A stretch of DNA of 9,097 bases from Puniceicoccales bacterium (GTDB taxonomy: Bacteria; Verrucomicrobiota; Verrucomicrobiia; Opitutales; JAIRLG01). Shown in pieces: positions 7,936-9,097 of the stretch. The stretch spans positions 1 through 9,097 of the forward strand of contig JAITIW010000049.1 of NCBI GenBank assembly GCA_031279255.1, read 5' to 3'. The notes under the pieces are model-generated. The model saw nothing but the letters and a program-made list of their open reading frames with translations. It was not told the DNA's origin and made no database searches. How positions within the stretch are numbered: position 1 is the stretch's first letter; each line of letters starts with the position of its first letter. The translations under genes were made by a program, and so were the position numbers.

Positions 7936-8020
7936 TGGTGCTCAGGAGGGGATTCGAACCCCTATGCCTCGCGGCACTGCCGCCTGAAGACAGCGTGTCT
8001 GCCAATTTCACCACCTGAGC
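7936..8020 (-). tRNA. tRNA-Leu, anticodon CAG, type II (long variable arm), with CCA encoded.
   Basis: The reverse complement folds as a cloverleaf. Acceptor stem is GCTCAGG/CCTGAGC. D arm is GTG-AAATTGGCAGA-CAC. Anticodon stem is CTGTC/GGCAG with loop TTCAGGC (anticodon CAG). The variable arm is 13 nt, TGCC-GCGA-GGCA-T. T arm is AGGGG-TTCGAAT-CCCCT, followed by discriminator A and CCA. Total length is 85 nt, and the architecture closely parallels E. coli tRNA-Leu(CAG). Confidence 0.95.
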
Positions 8021-8177
8021 CGATATGTTACATGGAGAGAAGTTCCGGCCATAGGTCAAGCGGATGCTGATGACCATCGCTTCTGTTTCCCAACAAACCC
8101 CCGACACTGTAGAGCCTTAGAGGATGTCTTCAAATAAAGAGTTAACAAAGGAAAAAAGAGAGGAAGAAAGATGAAAT

Positions 8178-8218
8178 AAAAAAAGGACACACAGAAGAAA
8201 AAAAAGGACACACAGAAG
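8178..8218. repeat. Perfect tandem direct repeat, 2 copies, ~21-nt period: A-tract plus GGACACACAGAAG.
   Basis: A7 (8178-8184) plus GGACACACAGAAG (8185-8197) is followed by A8 (8198-8205) plus GGACACACAGAAG (8206-8218). Confidence 0.9.
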
Positions 8219-8338
8219 ATACGACATACCAGATGGGTTGCGAAATGAGATGGAAAGGTTGCTGTCTGATTTGACGACACCCTCTAGCTGACACTCCCGT
8301 AGCCTTAGCCGATACTTTTCGGTCCCAGTAATCGCTTT

Positions 8339-8382
8339 GGGCATTCCAGATGGCCAAACCGAAGAGGTTTCGGCCCAATGCC
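8339..8382. repeat. Copy B of the CCAGATGG repeat, here forming a 15-bp bulged hairpin.
   Basis: GGCATT (8340-8345) pairs with AATGCC (8377-8382). GGCC (8352-8355) pairs with GGCC (8372-8375). AAACC (8356-8360) pairs with GGTTT (8366-8370). The loop is GAAGA and C8371 is bulged. CCAGAT (8346-8351) sits in an asymmetric internal loop. Confidence 0.65.
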
Positions 8383-8440
8383 ACTGCTTCTTCCCAGGAT
8401 CATTTCTTCCTCATCTGGGGAAGCACTTCATCTCCCTGGC

Positions 8441-8565
8441 GTCTCACCATCTCCCAAGCGCCTCATTAACTCTCAAATGCTTCACCAGTTTTTCAACATC
8501 CCACCGTCTCGCAAATATCCCACCTCTTAAGCACTCTACTATCCCTCAAATGCCTCCACCGTCTT
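8441..8565. repeat. Degenerate tandem repeats (~55-75 nt units) in a C/T-rich block.
   Basis: Exact 9-mer CCACCGTCT occurs at 8501-8509 and 8556-8564. Exact 9-mer CTCAAATGC occurs at 8472-8480 and 8545-8553. Each unit starts with GTCT and ends with CCACC, and the sequence between is loosely similar. Confidence 0.55.
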
Positions 8566-8630
8566 TGCGCTGAGACAGCCGCAATATTGACCAACGCAGG
8601 TTGTAAAGACACAGGTCGTAAAATATTAAC

Positions 8631-8653
8631 CCTTTCAAGCGAAAGGCTTTTTT
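8631..8653 (+). terminator. Rho-independent terminator candidate 1.
   Basis: CCTTTC (8631-8636), tetraloop AAGC, GAAAGG (8641-8646), then C and T6 (8648-8653). Confidence 0.55.
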
Positions 8654-8673
8654 CGGAAGGTCTTTCGCTTTTT
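8638..8673 (+). terminator. Rho-independent terminator candidate 2, which overlaps and competes with candidate 1.
   Basis: AGCGAAAG (8638-8645) pairs with CTTTCGCT (8662-8669) across a 16-nt loop, then runs into T5 (8669-8673). It shares GAAAG (8641-8645) with the 3' arm of hairpin 1. Confidence 0.45.
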
Positions 8674-8824
8674 CCTGAGAAAACAATCCGCTGGGAGTTT
8701 TTCAATGGAAAATGTAAAAAATTCGTAAATGAATATTTTTCATAAAAAGCACTTGATCCCTCTTTCCCAAAGACCAGTATGACTTCTTTCTAATTTTATT
8801 AACCCTTAACAGTAGACAAGAATT

Positions 8825-9097
8825 ATGAATAATAAAATTAGAAAATTAATCTCCAGCTGCGCCGTCGGCTGCAGCTGTTTGTGGTTGCCGGTCTCGGCGT
8901 TCGCGGATTGGACGATGGCAGATATCCTAGAGGGGATCAGCCAGAAATACGAATCCGAGATAACAGAAGAGGACTTGGAAGAGTGTGGAATACTGGAAGA
9001 AGCCAGAGATACACTGCAAAGAGAAAATGAACGGGCCGAACGAGAAAAAGCTCGCATACGTGAGCTGGTTCCCGGATGCAGGAGAAGCAGTGAAGCA
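8825..9097 (+). CDS. Hypothetical secreted protein, N-terminal 91 codons; the gene continues past the right edge of the window.
   Basis: My translation from the ATG at 8825 is MNNKIRKLISSCAVGCSCLWLPVSAFADWTMADILEGISQKYESEITEEDLEECGILEEARDTLQRENERAEREKARIRELVPGCRRSSEA, open to the window end. An in-frame stop lies at 8813-8815. It has a classic signal peptide (basic n-region, hydrophobic core, AFA|D cleavage-like site) followed by an acidic, coiled-coil-like region. No clear SD is present. It is missing from the ORF track because it has no stop in the window. Confidence 0.55.
   Translation, partial: MNNKIRKLISSCAVGCSCLWLPVSAFADWTMADILEGISQKYESEITEEDLEECGILEEARDTLQRENERAEREKARIRELVPGCRRSSEA

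Larger units (their letters stand above)
8021..8675 (+). ncRNA. Candidate uncharacterised noncoding RNA or regulatory locus. Boundaries and strand are tentative and no family is recognised.
   Basis: The interval has no credible ORF. It ends in plus-strand hairpin+T-run terminators (8631-8673). It contains a 15-bp bulged hairpin (8340-8382), a second hairpin whose T-G wobble is only tolerated on the plus strand (8391-8421), and several internal repeats. The 5' end and promoter were not identified. Confidence 0.25.

Noticed and set aside
8021-8060. Promoter for tRNA-Leu immediately upstream (minus strand TTGACC at 8059..8054 and TAACAT at 8030..8025).
   Set aside because: The spacer between the two hexamers is 23 nt. 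The -10-like element sits only 4 nt from the mature tRNA 5' end, so the geometry does not fit. The tRNA is probably processed from a longer transcript whose promoter I could not identify.
8178-8218. Possible CRISPR array or iteron cluster.
   Set aside because: There are only two adjacent copies with no unique spacers between them, and no cas genes in the window. It is not a CRISPR array. I kept it as a tandem repeat or possible operator.
7936-8382. Integrated-element att sites at the tRNA, with direct repeats bracketing the tRNA.
   Set aside because: The repeated sequence does not include the tRNA 3' end. The bracketed interval (~460 nt) holds no integrase or cargo, and the repeats are only ~80% identical. 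This does not match tRNA-targeted island integration.
8056-8705. Small ORFs in the long intergenic region (8056..8280 -, 8117..8344 -, 8142..8384 -, 8337..8573 +, 8493..8705 -).
   Set aside because: They overlap one another in different frames and have no SD. They translate the A-tract and CT-rich repeats into poly-F/S/L or P/S/H strings, and nothing about them looks protein-like. A micro-protein cannot be strictly excluded without Ribo-seq.
7800-8800. Known housekeeping RNAs (tmRNA, RNase P RNA, SRP/4.5S RNA).
   Set aside because: I looked on both strands for hallmark strings. These were a second T-arm GGTTCGAATCC with an ACCA end (tmRNA), GAGGAAAGTCC and ACAGAACCCGGCTTA (RNase P), and GGAAGGAAGCAGC-type helix-8 motifs (SRP). 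The only T-arm present belongs to tRNA-Leu. This is a by-eye check only, and cmsearch is needed for certainty.
8806-9057. 83-aa minus-strand ORF.
   Set aside because: It is antisense to the plus-strand ORF starting at 8825, which has a textbook signal peptide. The minus-strand product is Ser/Phe-rich, as expected from reading GAA/GAG-rich coding sequence backwards.

Overview
Most of this window (1-7701) is one run of co-directional housekeeping genes on the minus strand. In transcription order they are the Fo/stalk half of an F-type ATP synthase (atpB-atpE-atpF-atpH), a SEDS protein (RodA/FtsW), an RNase E/G-family ribonuclease, D-Ala-D-Ala ligase, FtsQ, and the 5' end of a hexapeptide-repeat transferase. 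Gaps are short or the genes overlap (ATGA overlap atpF/atpH; 14-nt overlap ddl/ftsQ). Several track ORFs begin at TTG or GTG, and I moved those starts to the nearest in-frame ATG. Upstream on the same strand lies a clean type-II tRNA-Leu(CAG) at 7936-8020. The unusual part is the right-hand end. About 800 bp (8021-8824) has no credible ORF. It carries several repeat families, a 15-bp bulged hairpin, a purine-rich block followed by a pyrimidine-rich block, and two overlapping hairpin+T-run terminators on the plus strand. It ends before a divergent plus-strand gene for a signal-peptide protein (8825 onward, absent from the ORF track because it runs off the window). I read this gap as a candidate uncharacterised ncRNA or regulatory locus, but I could not match it by eye to any known RNA family. 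I saw no defence system, mobile element or CRISPR array. Other findings concern operon architecture (no F1 genes after atpH; no ftsA after ftsQ) and atypical protein lengths (short delta, extended AtpB and RNase G).
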